The translations under genes were made by a program, and so were the position numbers. This document shows positions 1 to 10,696 of a DNA stretch of 58,481 nt, piece by piece; positions within the stretch are counted from its first letter, which is position 1; each line of letters starts with the position of its first letter. The notes under the pieces were generated by a model that was not told the DNA's origin, searched no databases, and saw only the letters and a list, made by a program, of their open reading frames with translations. Where the stretch lies: the NCBI GenBank assembly GCA_050258075.1, contig JBLMYC010000184.1, positions 1 to 58,481 on the forward strand. The letters are read 5' to 3'. This DNA comes from Acidobacteriota bacterium. GTDB taxonomy: Bacteria; Acidobacteriota; Thermoanaerobaculia; Multivoradales; JAGPDF01.

Positions 1-81
1 GAGGCGGGGCTCTCCTGTCTCGCGGCGTGGCGGGTCTGGGGACCACTCCGGTGCAGACTGCGCGCGGGAGGGAACCCCCGC

Positions 82-1496
82 ATGACCACTGCCCAGAGTG
101 TGAGCACCCCCAAGGAGCGGCCGAAACCGTTCCTGTTTCCCGAGTACTGCAAGGGCTGCGGCCGCTGCATCACCGCCTGCCCCAAGGACTGCATCAAGTT
201 CGGCGACGAGATCAACCCGCAGACCGGCCTGCTGCCGGTGGTGCTCGACCTCGACGCCTGCAACGGCTGCGGGCTGTGCATCACCGCCTGCCCGGAGCCC
301 TACGGCCTGCGCTCGCAGGTCGAGGCCGCGGAGTTCGACCTGACCCCGCCGCAGCACCTGTTCGGCGAGAAGCACACCGACGCGCCGGTGGCGCAGGACA
401 TCCCCGACCAGGTGGTGCCGCTGCCAGTGATGGACCCGCTGGTGCTCAAGGGAACGTACGCCTCGGCGATCGGCGCGCTGCTCGCCGGCTGCCGGCACTT
501 CTTCGGCTACCCGATCACCCCCTCGACCGAGGGCGCCGAGCTGATGGCCAAGCTGCTGCCCAAGCTCGACGGCACCTTCCTGCAGGCGGTCTCCGAGGTG
601 GCGACGATCAACCACATGTACGGCTGCGGCGGCGCCGGCCTGCGGGTGATGACCTTCACCTCCTCGCCGGGCTTCAGCCTGATGCTCGAGGGCCTGTCCT
701 ACATGATCGGCGCCGAGGTGCCGGGTGTGGTGGTGGACATCATGCGCGGCGGCCCCGGGCTCGGCAACATCGCCCCCGAGCAGTCCGACATCAAGCTCGC
801 TTGCCACGGCCTCGGCCACGGCAACACCCAGGCCATCGTGCTCGCCCCGGCGACGCCGCAGGAGATGCTCGACCTGACGATGCTCGCCTTCGACCTGTCG
901 ATGAAGTATCGCAACCCGGTGGTGATCCTCGGCGACGGCTACCTCGGCCAGATGACCGGCAAGGTGAAGCTGCCGCCGCGCATGCTGAAGCCGGGCCTGC
1001 CGGCGTGGGCGGTGTGGGGCGATCGCCAGCACCGTCGCAACCTGATCTGCTCGATCCTGATCTCCGAGGCCGACCTCGAGGCGCACAACGAGCATCTGCT
1101 CGAGAAGTACGGCGCCATGACGCGCCACGAGCAGCGCGCCGAGCTGGCGCACTGCGACGACGCCGAAATCGTGGTCGTGGCCTGCAACACCCCGGCGCGC
1201 ATGGCGAAGGGCGCGGTCGAGGCGTTGCGCCGCGACGGCGTCAAGGTGGGCCTGTTCCGGCCGATCACCCTGTGGCCGTTCCCGGTCGACCTGCTGCGTC
1301 CGCTGCTCGGTCACGTCAAGCGCTTCGTGGTCGTCGAGGCGAGCGACGGCCAGCTCGAGGACGAGCTGCGCCTGGGTCTCTCCTACGCCGGCGTCACCTG
1401 CCTGCCCGCGATCAACCGCGTTCGCCACTATGGCGGCGTCCTGCCGGCGGTGGAAGAGATCGCCAACCGCATCGTCGACTTCCCGGAGATGCCGCT

Positions 1497-1500
<4 letters not shown>
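82..1500 (+). CDS. 2-oxoacid:ferredoxin oxidoreductase alpha subunit with an N-terminal 2x[4Fe-4S] ferredoxin (delta-like) domain
   Basis: Two CxxCxxCxxxCP motifs (CKGCGRCITACP, CNGCGLCITACP) are followed by the alpha-subunit signature GYPITPSTEGAELMAK. The stop overlaps the next start (ATGA at 1497-1500). Confidence 0.85.
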
Positions 1501-2918
<1,418 letters not shown>

Positions 2919-2940
2919 ACGGTGACGCTCTCTCTGGGGT

Positions 2941-2980
2941 CCCCCGCCGGGCCCGGTTCCCCCCGGCGGGGGCTTTTTTT
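2941..2980. terminator. Rho-independent terminator between convergent genes
   Basis: Perfect 11-bp stem, CCCCCGCCGGG (2941-2951) with CCCGGCGGGGG (2962-2972), a 10-nt loop, then CTTTTTTTG. Confidence 0.85.
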
Positions 2981-2989
2981 GTCCATCGC

Positions 2990-4630
2990 CTAGCCGCTCG
3001 AGATCACCGTCTCGAGCGCCTCGAGAAAGCGCTCCAGCCGCTCGAGCCGCGACCGTGCCGCGGGATCGGTGCCGCTGCTCGACCCGGTCGGCGACGCGAT
3101 GAGCGCCCGGCAGGTGCCCTCGATGCGCTCCACCAACTCGACCGTGAGCCCGCCGTAGGGCGCCAGGCGGCGCAGGGTGGGCGCCACCGTGGTGAGGAAT
3201 TCCTCGACGAACGGCAGGCTGGCGCCGACCATCGCGTCGGGCAGGCGGCCGTGGCGGGCGAACATGCGCAGCACCATTCGGAAGTTGTTCCAGCGCGGGT
3301 TCTGAGGGCCGTGCAGGGCGCGGAGGCTGTTGCGCAACGCGACGAGCTCCGTCGCCTGCTCGGACGGAGAGCGCGCCGCCGGCGACGGGCTCGCGGCCAG
3401 TCGCGGCGCGCTCACCGGGCCGGGCACGGCGAGCGGCGGCACGGGCACGGGATTCCGCGCCTCGGCGATGTGATCGGCGCGATCTGCGCGATCGGCGGCG
3501 AGAGCCGCGCGGCGCTGCACCGCGCCGACCAGCATCTCGACGAAGAGCCGCAGATCGTCGTGCGCGAGCAGTCCGACCAAAGGCTCGGCGGCGCCGTCCT
3601 GGGACCCGATCCGGCCGCGCAGCCGCGCCACCGCCCGCTCGCCGATCAACGCCTTGAGCTGCTGCGCGTCGGTCAGCGCCGCGATCTCGGACAGCAACTG
3701 CTCGAGGCGAGGCAGCTCGGCGGAGAGCAGGGCGGCGGCGTCGGGACCGGCGGCCGACCAGCTGCGGCGATGGATCGATTCGAGCTCGGTGATCCGTTCC
3801 GCGAGGTGCACCTCGCGCTGCCGGATCTGGTGATAGTCGCCGGAGTACAGCGCCCGGCGGACCGGCTCGCGCAGCAGCGAGCCGAGGTGGCCGCGCAGCA
3901 CGACGAGGTCGGCGAACGCGTACTGGTCGACGCGCTGGCCGTATCGCCAGCGCTCGATGATCGCCCCCAGCGGGACTCGTTCCGGCAGCTCGCGCAGCAG
4001 ATCGAACAGGGCGCGCAGCGCCGCCAGGAGCTCGCGACTGCGGCGGAACTCCGCGGCCTTCTCCGGGAAGAGCGCCGGCTCGACGGCGAGGCTCTCCCAG
4101 CGCCCTTGCGCGACCAGCGCGGCGGTGGCGCTCATCGCGGCACTCGAGAACTTGCCCTTCAGATCGGCCGCCAGCTCGCACAGCCGCTCGACCTCCTCGG
4201 GCGGCGGGCTGGCCCGTCCAGCGAGCTGGTCGAGCTTCTCGTCGAGTCGCGCCAGGTCCTTGTCGACCATGTGCGTCACCGACCGGAAGTAGAACTCGAC
4301 CTCGTCGCGGACGGGCTCGGCGAGGGCGCGGGACTCCTCGCTCGGGAACTGCTCCAGGCAGGGCGCGAGGCGCTCGGGCAGGCGACGGATCGAAGCGGCG
4401 AGCCGGCGCAGCGCCGCGGCCAGGAGATCGATCTCGTCGGGTGGGTAGTACAGGAGCTGCCAGCTCACCGCGTCTTCGATCTCGTCGACCGCGGCGCGGA
4501 CGACCCGGTAGAGGGCCTGGCAGGGGGCGGGCAGGGCGGCGAGCAGGCGGTCCATCTCGGCGGGAGGGTCGTCCGCTCGGTGCGCCTCCGGTGCGCGGTA
4601 GTCGAGGTTCCCGTGGGTCTCGTCGAGCAT
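2990..4630 (-). CDS. Hypothetical protein, predicted all-alpha and rich in Leu/Arg/Glu/Ala (547 aa)
   Basis: Long ORF. Start placed at MLDETHGNLDY (ATG 4630) because the upstream part of the ORF overlaps the opposite-strand gene 4758..6182. No recognisable motif. Confidence 0.6.
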   Translation of the reverse strand: MLDETHGNLDYRAPEAHRADDPPAEMDRLLAALPAPCQALYRVVRAAVDEIEDAVSWQLLYYPPDEIDLLAAALRRLAASIRRLPERLAPCLEQFPSEESRALAEPVRDEVEFYFRSVTHMVDKDLARLDEKLDQLAGRASPPPEEVERLCELAADLKGKFSSAAMSATAALVAQGRWESLAVEPALFPEKAAEFRRSRELLAALRALFDLLRELPERVPLGAIIERWRYGQRVDQYAFADLVVLRGHLGSLLREPVRRALYSGDYHQIRQREVHLAERITELESIHRRSWSAAGPDAAALLSAELPRLEQLLSEIAALTDAQQLKALIGERAVARLRGRIGSQDGAAEPLVGLLAHDDLRLFVEMLVGAVQRRAALAADRADRADHIAEARNPVPVPPLAVPGPVSAPRLAASPSPAARSPSEQATELVALRNSLRALHGPQNPRWNNFRMVLRMFARHGRLPDAMVGASLPFVEEFLTTVAPTLRRLAPYGGLTVELVERIEGTCRALIASPTGSSSGTDPAARSRLERLERFLEALETVISSG

Positions 4631-4757
4631 TCGCGATCCGGGACTATAGTCGACGCCGAGCCGACCGCCCGCAGCCGCAGCGCCCTCGACACGAGGCCGG
4701 GTTCCTTGTAGCCTCTTTCTCGCCTCGAAGCCAACGTGCTGGACTGCGGGGGGACGA

Positions 4758-6182
4758 ATGAGCGTTCGATCTTCGGCATGGCGGTGGGTTGGATCCGCGT
4801 TGCTTCCTGTCGCCGCGGTTGTTGCGGCGACGGCCGGCCCGATCAGGGCTACCGTCATCACCGCCTTTCCGGTCGACTTCGCGGCTCCCGAGCAGTCGCT
4901 GTTCAGCGGCGCCGTGGCGACCTTCGAGGATGACAATCCGGCGGCCGGGCCGGCGGACTTCACCGCCACCATCGACTGGGGCGATGGGTCACCGACGAGC
5001 GCCGGGACGATCGGGTTCTCGAGCGCCGCCTTCATCGTTCTCGGCTCGCACACCTACGCCGACGAGGGCTCGTTCACGGTCACCGTCACGATTGCCGACG
5101 TGGCCCCCGGCACCGGGACCGCCACGGCGACCGACACCGCGACGATTACCGAGGCCGACGTCCTGTCCGGGACGCCGACCACCTTTGCCGCTCCCTCCGG
5201 GGTGTCGTTCACCCGAACCGTCGCGACGTTCTCGGACACCCTGACGACGGCTGTGCCGAGCGACTTCACTGCGACCATCGACTGGGGTGACGCCACGACC
5301 TCGGCGGGGACGGTCACCGGCGGCGCGGGCTCCTTCGCGGTGAGTGGCACGCATACCTACGCCAGCCCGGGCAACTACCCGGTGATGGTGACGCTGAGCG
5401 ACGACGCGCCGGGCACCGCCACTGCGACGGTGACCAGCACCGCGCAGGTGAGCGCCGGTCTCCTGGCCGTCGCCACCGGGTTCTCGACCCCAGAGGGCTC
5501 GTCTTTCAGCGGCGCGGTCGCGACGTTTTCCGACGCCAACACCGCGAAGACCGCGGCGGACTTCACGGTCACGATCACCTGGGGGGACGGGACGAGCTCG
5601 GCGGGCACGGTGGTCGGTGCCTCGGGCTCGTTCACGGTCAGCGGCACGCACACGTACGCCGACGAAGGGAGCTTCGGCTTCACCGTGACGGTCACCGAGA
5701 ACGGCCCCGGCGGGGCCACGTCCAGCTCCTCGGCCACCGCCACGGTCACCGAAGCCGACGTCCTGAGCGGCACGCCGGTGGCGATTGCCGCCAGCGCCAT
5801 GGTTCCCTTCACGGGAACGGTGGCGACCTTCACCGACACCTACACCGGGAACGTGCCCGGCGACTTCACGGCCACGATCGACTGGGGCGACGCGAGCACG
5901 AGCGCGGGGACGGTCACGGGTGGAGGCGGCTCCTTCAGCGTGACGGGGACTCACACCTACGCGACACCGGGGAGCTTCAGTGTCACGGTCACGCTCTCCG
6001 ACGACGCGCCGGGCACGGCGACGGCGACGGTCTCGAGCCCCGCGATCGTGGCGGCCGCCCCGATCGCGGCGGTGCCGACTCTGGGGGAGGGCGGGCTGGC
6101 GGCCCTGGCGGCTTTGATGGCCGCCGCGGCTATGGCCGTTCTTTGGGCCCGGCGGCGGCGAGCGTTGCGTGGCGGCCCCTGA
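4758..6182 (+). CDS. Secreted repeat protein (4 x ~100-aa Ig/PKD-like repeats) with an IPTL-CTERM-like sorting tail
   Basis: N-terminal signal peptide. Four repeats carry DFTATIDWGD..SAGTV.G..GSF.V.GTHTYA. The C-terminus VPTLGEGGLAALAALMAAAAMAVLWARRRR has a motif, a TM helix and a basic cluster. Confidence 0.8.
   Translation: MSVRSSAWRWVGSALLPVAAVVAATAGPIRATVITAFPVDFAAPEQSLFSGAVATFEDDNPAAGPADFTATIDWGDGSPTSAGTIGFSSAAFIVLGSHTYADEGSFTVTVTIADVAPGTGTATATDTATITEADVLSGTPTTFAAPSGVSFTRTVATFSDTLTTAVPSDFTATIDWGDATTSAGTVTGGAGSFAVSGTHTYASPGNYPVMVTLSDDAPGTATATVTSTAQVSAGLLAVATGFSTPEGSSFSGAVATFSDANTAKTAADFTVTITWGDGTSSAGTVVGASGSFTVSGTHTYADEGSFGFTVTVTENGPGGATSSSSATATVTEADVLSGTPVAIAASAMVPFTGTVATFTDTYTGNVPGDFTATIDWGDASTSAGTVTGGGGSFSVTGTHTYATPGSFSVTVTLSDDAPGTATATVSSPAIVAAAPIAAVPTLGEGGLAALAALMAAAAMAVLWARRRRALRGGP
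4900..6060 (+). repeat. Intragenic tandem repeat, four copies with a period of about 300 bp
   Basis: The gacttcac.gc.ac.atc.actgggg.ga core recurs at about 4957, 5263, 5561 and 5863. The ga.gccgacgtcctg..cgg.acgccg block recurs at about 5150 and 5750. Confidence 0.85.
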
Positions 6183-6239
6183 GCGTCGGCGGATGCCAGC
6201 GGTGCGGCCCTCGCATCGTGGTGGACCGGCGAGACGTGA

Positions 6240-6260
6240 TGTTGCAACACTTTGTTGCAC
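6240..6260 (+). promoter_or_regulatory. Candidate upstream activator site: perfect 10-bp palindrome plus a half-repeat
   Basis: TGTTGCAACA (6240-6249) is self-complementary. TGTTGCAC repeats at 6253-6260. It lies about 70 bp upstream of the sigma54-like element in a locally AT-richer stretch. Confidence 0.35.
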
Positions 6261-6318
6261 GATGTTTCTCGACTTGGAAGGATCCATCTAAGTCACTGAT
6301 AACAAAGGTCTGACGTAG

Positions 6319-6334
6319 TGGCACGAAGGCTGCT
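6319..6334 (+). promoter_or_regulatory. Sigma54 (-24/-12) type promoter candidate for the sulfur operon
   Basis: TGGCACGAAGGCTGCT compared with consensus TGGCACG-N4-TTGCW. GG and GC are at the correct 12-nt offset with one mismatch. It sits about 50 nt upstream of the ATG at 6385, which has a GAGGAGG RBS. Confidence 0.55.
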
Positions 6335-6384
6335 CTTTCGCTCCATCGAACGCGCGCCCCCAGGCGCGCGAGGAGGCGACAGAG

Positions 6385-8580
6385 ATGGCCGTGCTCTCCA
6401 GACGTCGGTTCCTCAAGATCTCCACCGGGACGGTTGGCCTTGCGGCCGGCGCCTCGGCCTTCGCCACGGAGCCCTGGAGCTGGGCGGCTCCGGCGCTGGC
6501 CGGGGACGTGGTCGAGAAGATCCCGACCTTCTGCGACATCTGCTTCTGGAAGTGCGGAGCGATCGGGTACACGAAGAACGGCAAGCTGTGGAAGATCGAG
6601 GGCAATCCCGAGGACCCGCTTTCGCGCGGCCGGCTGTGCCCGCGCGGCACCGGCGGCGTGGGTGCGCATTACGACCCTGACCGCCTGCGCGCGCCGCTCA
6701 TCCGCCGCCAGAAGCGTGGCGAGGAGGCGTGGGCGGAGGTCACCTGGGACGAAGCGCTCGGCCACGTCGCCGAGAAGCTGCAGCGCATCAAGGCCGAGCA
6801 CGGGCCGGAGGCGGTGGCGCTGTTCGCCCACGGCCTGGGCGGCACGTTCCTCCGCCACACCCTCAAGGCGTACGGCACGCCGAACATCGCGGCGCCTTCC
6901 TTCGCGCAGTGCCGCGGGCCGCGCGACGTCGGCTTCAACCTGACCTTCGGCGAAGGCCTCGGCAGCCCCGAGCGCACCGACATCCGCAACGCCCGCTGCC
7001 TGGTGCTGATCGGCTCGCACCTCGGCGAGAACATGCACAACACCCAGGTGCAGGAGTTCGCCGACGCGGTGGGCACCGGCGCGACGGTCATCGTCGTCGA
7101 TCCGCGCTTCTCGGTGGCGGCGAGCAAGGCGAAGCACTACCTGGCGATCCGGCCCGGCACCGACCTCGCGCTGCTCCTTGCCTGGATGCACGTTCTGGTC
7201 GGCGAGGGCACGTACGACAAGGACTACGTCGCCCGCTACGGCTTCGGGTTCGACGCCTTCCAGGCATCGCTCGCTCCCTACACGCCGGAGTGGGCGTGGG
7301 GCGAGACCGGCATCGAGCCCGACACGATCCGCACGACGGCGCGCGAGATGGCCCGCCACCGTCCGGCGACCCTGGTCCATCCCGGACGCCACGTCACCTG
7401 GTACGGCGACGACACGCAGAGAAGCCGCGCCGTGGCTCTGCTCAACGCGCTGCTCGGAAGCTGGGGACGCAAGGGCGGCTTCTACTCTCCGTCGAGCATG
7501 GACTTCCCGGGCTATCCGTATCCGCCCTACCCGAAGCCGGCGCGCGGCAAGGCCGACAATCCGGGAAACAAGTACCCCTTCGCCGACGAGGCGATCACCA
7601 CCGGTCTGCGCGAGGCGACCTTGACCGGCAAGCCGTACCCGATCAAGGCCTGGCTCACCTACGCGACCAACCTGATGCAGGCGCTGCCCAGCACCAAGGA
7701 GACGATCGCCGCGATCCAGAACCTCGACCTGCTGGTCGCCGTCGACGTGATCCCGAGCGAGATCGCCGGCTGGGCCGACGTGGTGCTCCCCGAGGCGGTC
7801 TATCTCGAGCGCTACGACGAGCCCAACGCCGAGCTGTTCCGCGAGCCGTTCCTGGCGCTGCGCCAGCCGGTGGTCGATCCGCCGGACGACCAGAAGCCGG
7901 GCTGGTGGATCGCACGCGAGCTGGCGAAGAAGCTCGGCCTCGAGGCCTACTACCCCTGGAAGACGATCGAGGAGTATCTCGACCATCGCTTCAAGGTGGT
8001 GGGTCTCAGCCTGGCGGAGATGAAGCGGCGGGGCATCGTGCAAGGCAAGCCGGCGCCGCTGTACTTCGAGGACGGCGTGCCGGCGGAGTTCGCGACGCCG
8101 TCGGGCAAGATCGAGTTCTACTCGTCGCAGCTCCAGGCGGCCGGCTTCGATCCGGTCCCCAAGTACCGCCGGCCCGAGCCGCCGCCGCCGGGTGCCTTCC
8201 GCCTGCTGTATGGGCGCGCCCCGGTGCACTCGTTCAGCCGCACCCAGACCAACCCCTTGCTCGCCGAGATGATGCCGGAGAACGAGGTGTGGGTGAACGC
8301 CGACGTGGCGCGCCGCCTGGGCCTGCAGAGCGGTGACTACGTGGTGCTCAGGAACCAGGATGGGGTGACGACCAACCGCGTCAAGGTCAAGGCCACCGAG
8401 CGCATCCGCGGCGACTGCGTGTACATGGTGCACGGCTTCGGGCACTCGGCGCGCGGCCTGCGCCGCGCCTACCACAAGGGCGCCAGCGACGCCGACCTGA
8501 TCACGCGCTATGCCGTCGATCCGCTGATGGGTGGCACCGGCATGGGGATCAACTTCGTGACCCTCGAGAGGGAGGGCTAG
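6385..8580 (+). CDS. Molybdopterin oxidoreductase catalytic subunit, polysulfide/thiosulfate/tetrathionate reductase (PsrA/PhsA)-like, Tat-exported
   Basis: Twin-arginine signal SRRRFLKISTG...AFA. N-terminal FeS motif CDICFWKCG...CPRG. Candidate Mo-ligand Cys in FAQCRGPRD. Followed by FeS and NrfD subunits. Confidence 0.9.
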   Translation: MAVLSRRRFLKISTGTVGLAAGASAFATEPWSWAAPALAGDVVEKIPTFCDICFWKCGAIGYTKNGKLWKIEGNPEDPLSRGRLCPRGTGGVGAHYDPDRLRAPLIRRQKRGEEAWAEVTWDEALGHVAEKLQRIKAEHGPEAVALFAHGLGGTFLRHTLKAYGTPNIAAPSFAQCRGPRDVGFNLTFGEGLGSPERTDIRNARCLVLIGSHLGENMHNTQVQEFADAVGTGATVIVVDPRFSVAASKAKHYLAIRPGTDLALLLAWMHVLVGEGTYDKDYVARYGFGFDAFQASLAPYTPEWAWGETGIEPDTIRTTAREMARHRPATLVHPGRHVTWYGDDTQRSRAVALLNALLGSWGRKGGFYSPSSMDFPGYPYPPYPKPARGKADNPGNKYPFADEAITTGLREATLTGKPYPIKAWLTYATNLMQALPSTKETIAAIQNLDLLVAVDVIPSEIAGWADVVLPEAVYLERYDEPNAELFREPFLALRQPVVDPPDDQKPGWWIARELAKKLGLEAYYPWKTIEEYLDHRFKVVGLSLAEMKRRGIVQGKPAPLYFEDGVPAEFATPSGKIEFYSSQLQAAGFDPVPKYRRPEPPPPGAFRLLYGRAPVHSFSRTQTNPLLAEMMPENEVWVNADVARRLGLQSGDYVVLRNQDGVTTNRVKVKATERIRGDCVYMVHGFGHSARGLRRAYHKGASDADLITRYAVDPLMGGTGMGINFVTLEREG

Positions 8581-8583
8581 ACG

Positions 8584-9123
8584 ATGGCGCGCTACGGCAT
8601 GGCGATCGACACCGCGCGCTGCGTGGGCTGCATGGATTGCGTGGTGGCCTGCAAGACCGAGAATCAGGTGCCGGAGGGCTACTGCCGGGACTGGATCACG
8701 ACCGAGGTCCACGGCGTGTTCCCCGATCTGCGGATGGAGCTGCGCAGCGAGCGCTGCAACCATTGTGACAATCCGCCGTGCGTGGCGTGCTGCCCGACCG
8801 GCGCCAGTCACGTCGAGGAATTCGGGCACCTGGTCGAGATCGACGCGAAGCGCTGCATCGGCTGCAAGGCGTGCCTCGCCTCCTGCCCGTACGACGCCCG
8901 CTACGTCCACCCCGACGGCTACGCCGACAAGTGCACGTTCTGCATCCACCGCGTGAGGCAGGGCTTGCAGCCGGCTTGCGTGGCGGTGTGCCCGACCCAT
9001 TGCATGACGTTCGGCGATCTCGACGACCCGCAGAGCGACGTCCGCAGGCTGATCGACTCGCGACGCGGCCACCGCTTGCTGGTCGAAGCCGGCACCGAGC
9101 CGCGCATCACCTTCCTGACCTGA
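8584..9123 (+). CDS. 4Fe-4S ferredoxin-type electron-transfer subunit (PsrB/DmsB family)
   Basis: Four Cys clusters: CVGCMDCVVACK, CNHCDNPPCVACCP, CIGCKACLASCP, CTFCIHR..CVAVCP. Confidence 0.9.
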   Translation: MARYGMAIDTARCVGCMDCVVACKTENQVPEGYCRDWITTEVHGVFPDLRMELRSERCNHCDNPPCVACCPTGASHVEEFGHLVEIDAKRCIGCKACLASCPYDARYVHPDGYADKCTFCIHRVRQGLQPACVAVCPTHCMTFGDLDDPQSDVRRLIDSRRGHRLLVEAGTEPRITFLT

Positions 9124-9141
9124 CGTTCGAGGAGCGCGCCC

Positions 9142-10074
9142 ATGCTCGAGCTGACCACCACCCGCGCGAACCCCCTGGTCGACCCCGGCCTGCACGTCTG
9201 GGCCTGGCAGATCCCCACCTACCTGTTTCTCGGCGGGATGGTGGCGGGAATGATGATCCTGGCCGGCTATTTCCTGCTCTACGGCGGCAGCCGCAATCCG
9301 CGCACCGTCGCCTTCACTCTCCCGGCTCTGTCGCTCGTCCTGCTGTCGGTGGGCATGCTGGCGCTGTTTCTCGACCTCGAGCACAAGTTGTTCGTCTGGC
9401 GGCTGTACACGACCTTCGAGATCCGCTCGCCGATGTCCTGGGGGAGCTGGATCCTGCTGCTGGTGTATCCGGCGCTGCTCGCCAATCTGATGCTGCGACC
9501 GCCCGCCGCGATCCTGCAGCGCTTTCCCGCGCTCGAACGGCTGTCGCGGCGGCTGGCCGGCGTGCGCACCGAGCGCGCGCTCGGGGTTGTGAACATGGCG
9601 CTCGGCGCCGCCCTCGGCGTCTACACCGGAGTGCTGCTGTCGGCGCTCGGCGCACGCCCGTTGTGGAACAGCGCGCTGCTCGGACCGCTGTTCCTGGTCT
9701 CCGGGTTGTCGTCGGCGGCCGCCTTCGTTCACCTGTGGGCGCCCGACCCCGAGGAGAGCCGGTTGCTCGCCCGGTTCGACAACCGCTTCCTGCTCGTCGA
9801 GCTGGCGGTGATCGTCCTGTTCCTGGTCGGCCTCGCGACGGCGACGCGCGCCCACATGGGCGCCGCCGCGCTGCTGCTCGGCGGGCCCTACACGGCGGTG
9901 TTCTGGGTGTTCGTCGTCGGAATGGGCATCGTCGTGCCGCTGTTCGTGCAGACCCTGGCGGTGCGCGGCGTGATCCATCACACGCCGGTCGCGCCGGTGA
10001 TGGTCGTCCTCGGCGGCATCCTGCTGCGCGTCCTGATCGTCTACGCCGGCCAGGCCAGCCACTACGGTCTATGA
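9142..10074 (+). CDS. NrfD/PsrC-family integral membrane quinol-interacting anchor subunit
   Basis: About 8 hydrophobic helices, 310 aa, located immediately after the A and B subunits. Confidence 0.85.
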   Translation: MLELTTTRANPLVDPGLHVWAWQIPTYLFLGGMVAGMMILAGYFLLYGGSRNPRTVAFTLPALSLVLLSVGMLALFLDLEHKLFVWRLYTTFEIRSPMSWGSWILLLVYPALLANLMLRPPAAILQRFPALERLSRRLAGVRTERALGVVNMALGAALGVYTGVLLSALGARPLWNSALLGPLFLVSGLSSAAAFVHLWAPDPEESRLLARFDNRFLLVELAVIVLFLVGLATATRAHMGAAALLLGGPYTAVFWVFVVGMGIVVPLFVQTLAVRGVIHHTPVAPVMVVLGGILLRVLIVYAGQASHYGL

Positions 10075-10102
10075 CCCCAACTTCAGAGGGAGGTGACTTC
10101 CG

Positions 10103-10696
10103 ATGACCACTGCAACCGAGGTCGCCCGGGTCAACGCCCCGCCCGGTTCCGCCGCCGACGAGAAGGAGCGCGCCCGGGCCGCGGCGCGCCCGGTGGCGGC
10201 CTACTCGAATCCCTATCTCGCCGGCCTCGGTCTCGGCCTGGTGCTGCTCGCCGCGTTCGTGATCGTTGGCCGCGGGCTGGGCGCTTCCGGGGCGTTCTCC
10301 TCGGCGGTCGCCGCCGGCGTCCAGGCGGTGGCTCCCGTCCACGCCCAGAGCAATGACTTCTACGCCGAGTACCTGGAGGGCGGGAACCCGCTGAAGAGCT
10401 GGCTGGTGTTCGAGATCCTCGGCGTGCTGGTCGGCGGCTTCCTGTCCGGGGCCCTCGCCGGCCGGGTGCACCGCACGATCGAGAAGGGCCCGTCGGTGTC
10501 GGTGCGCTGGCGCGTCGTGGGCGCCTTTTCCGGCGGCGCGCTGATGGGGGCCGCGGCCAAGCTGGCGCGTGGCTGCACCAGCGGCCAGGCGCTCACCGGC
10601 GGCGCGCAGCTCAACCTGGGGAGCTGGATCTTCATGCTCTCGGTCTTCGCCGGCGGCTACGCGGTCGCCTATTTCGTGAGGAGGCAGTGGCGATGA
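10103..10696 (+). CDS. YeeE/YedE-family sulfur-compound transport protein (half-size, part 1)
   Basis: Membrane protein with the conserved ARGCTSGQALTGG motif. Overlaps the next gene by 10 nt. Confidence 0.85.
   Translation: MTTATEVARVNAPPGSAADEKERARAAARPVAAYSNPYLAGLGLGLVLLAAFVIVGRGLGASGAFSSAVAAGVQAVAPVHAQSNDFYAEYLEGGNPLKSWLVFEILGVLVGGFLSGALAGRVHRTIEKGPSVSVRWRVVGAFSGGALMGAAAKLARGCTSGQALTGGAQLNLGSWIFMLSVFAGGYAVAYFVRRQWR

Noticed and set aside
4900-6060. ~300-bp repeats considered as a diversity-generating retroelement target/template pair
   Set aside because: There is no reverse transcriptase or accessory gene in the window. The differences between copies are not visibly adenine-specific. 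The copies are in-frame protein domain repeats.
6183-6384. Possible Moco riboswitch in the 202-nt leader of the molybdoenzyme operon
   Set aside because: I cannot recognise the conserved Moco-motif helices or loops by eye. The sigma54 element leaves only about a 40-nt 5-prime UTR, which is too short for that RNA.
6385-8580. Selenocysteine (in-frame TGA) in the molybdopterin subunit
   Set aside because: The ORF is uninterrupted, and a Cys occupies the expected ligand region (FAQCRGPRD).
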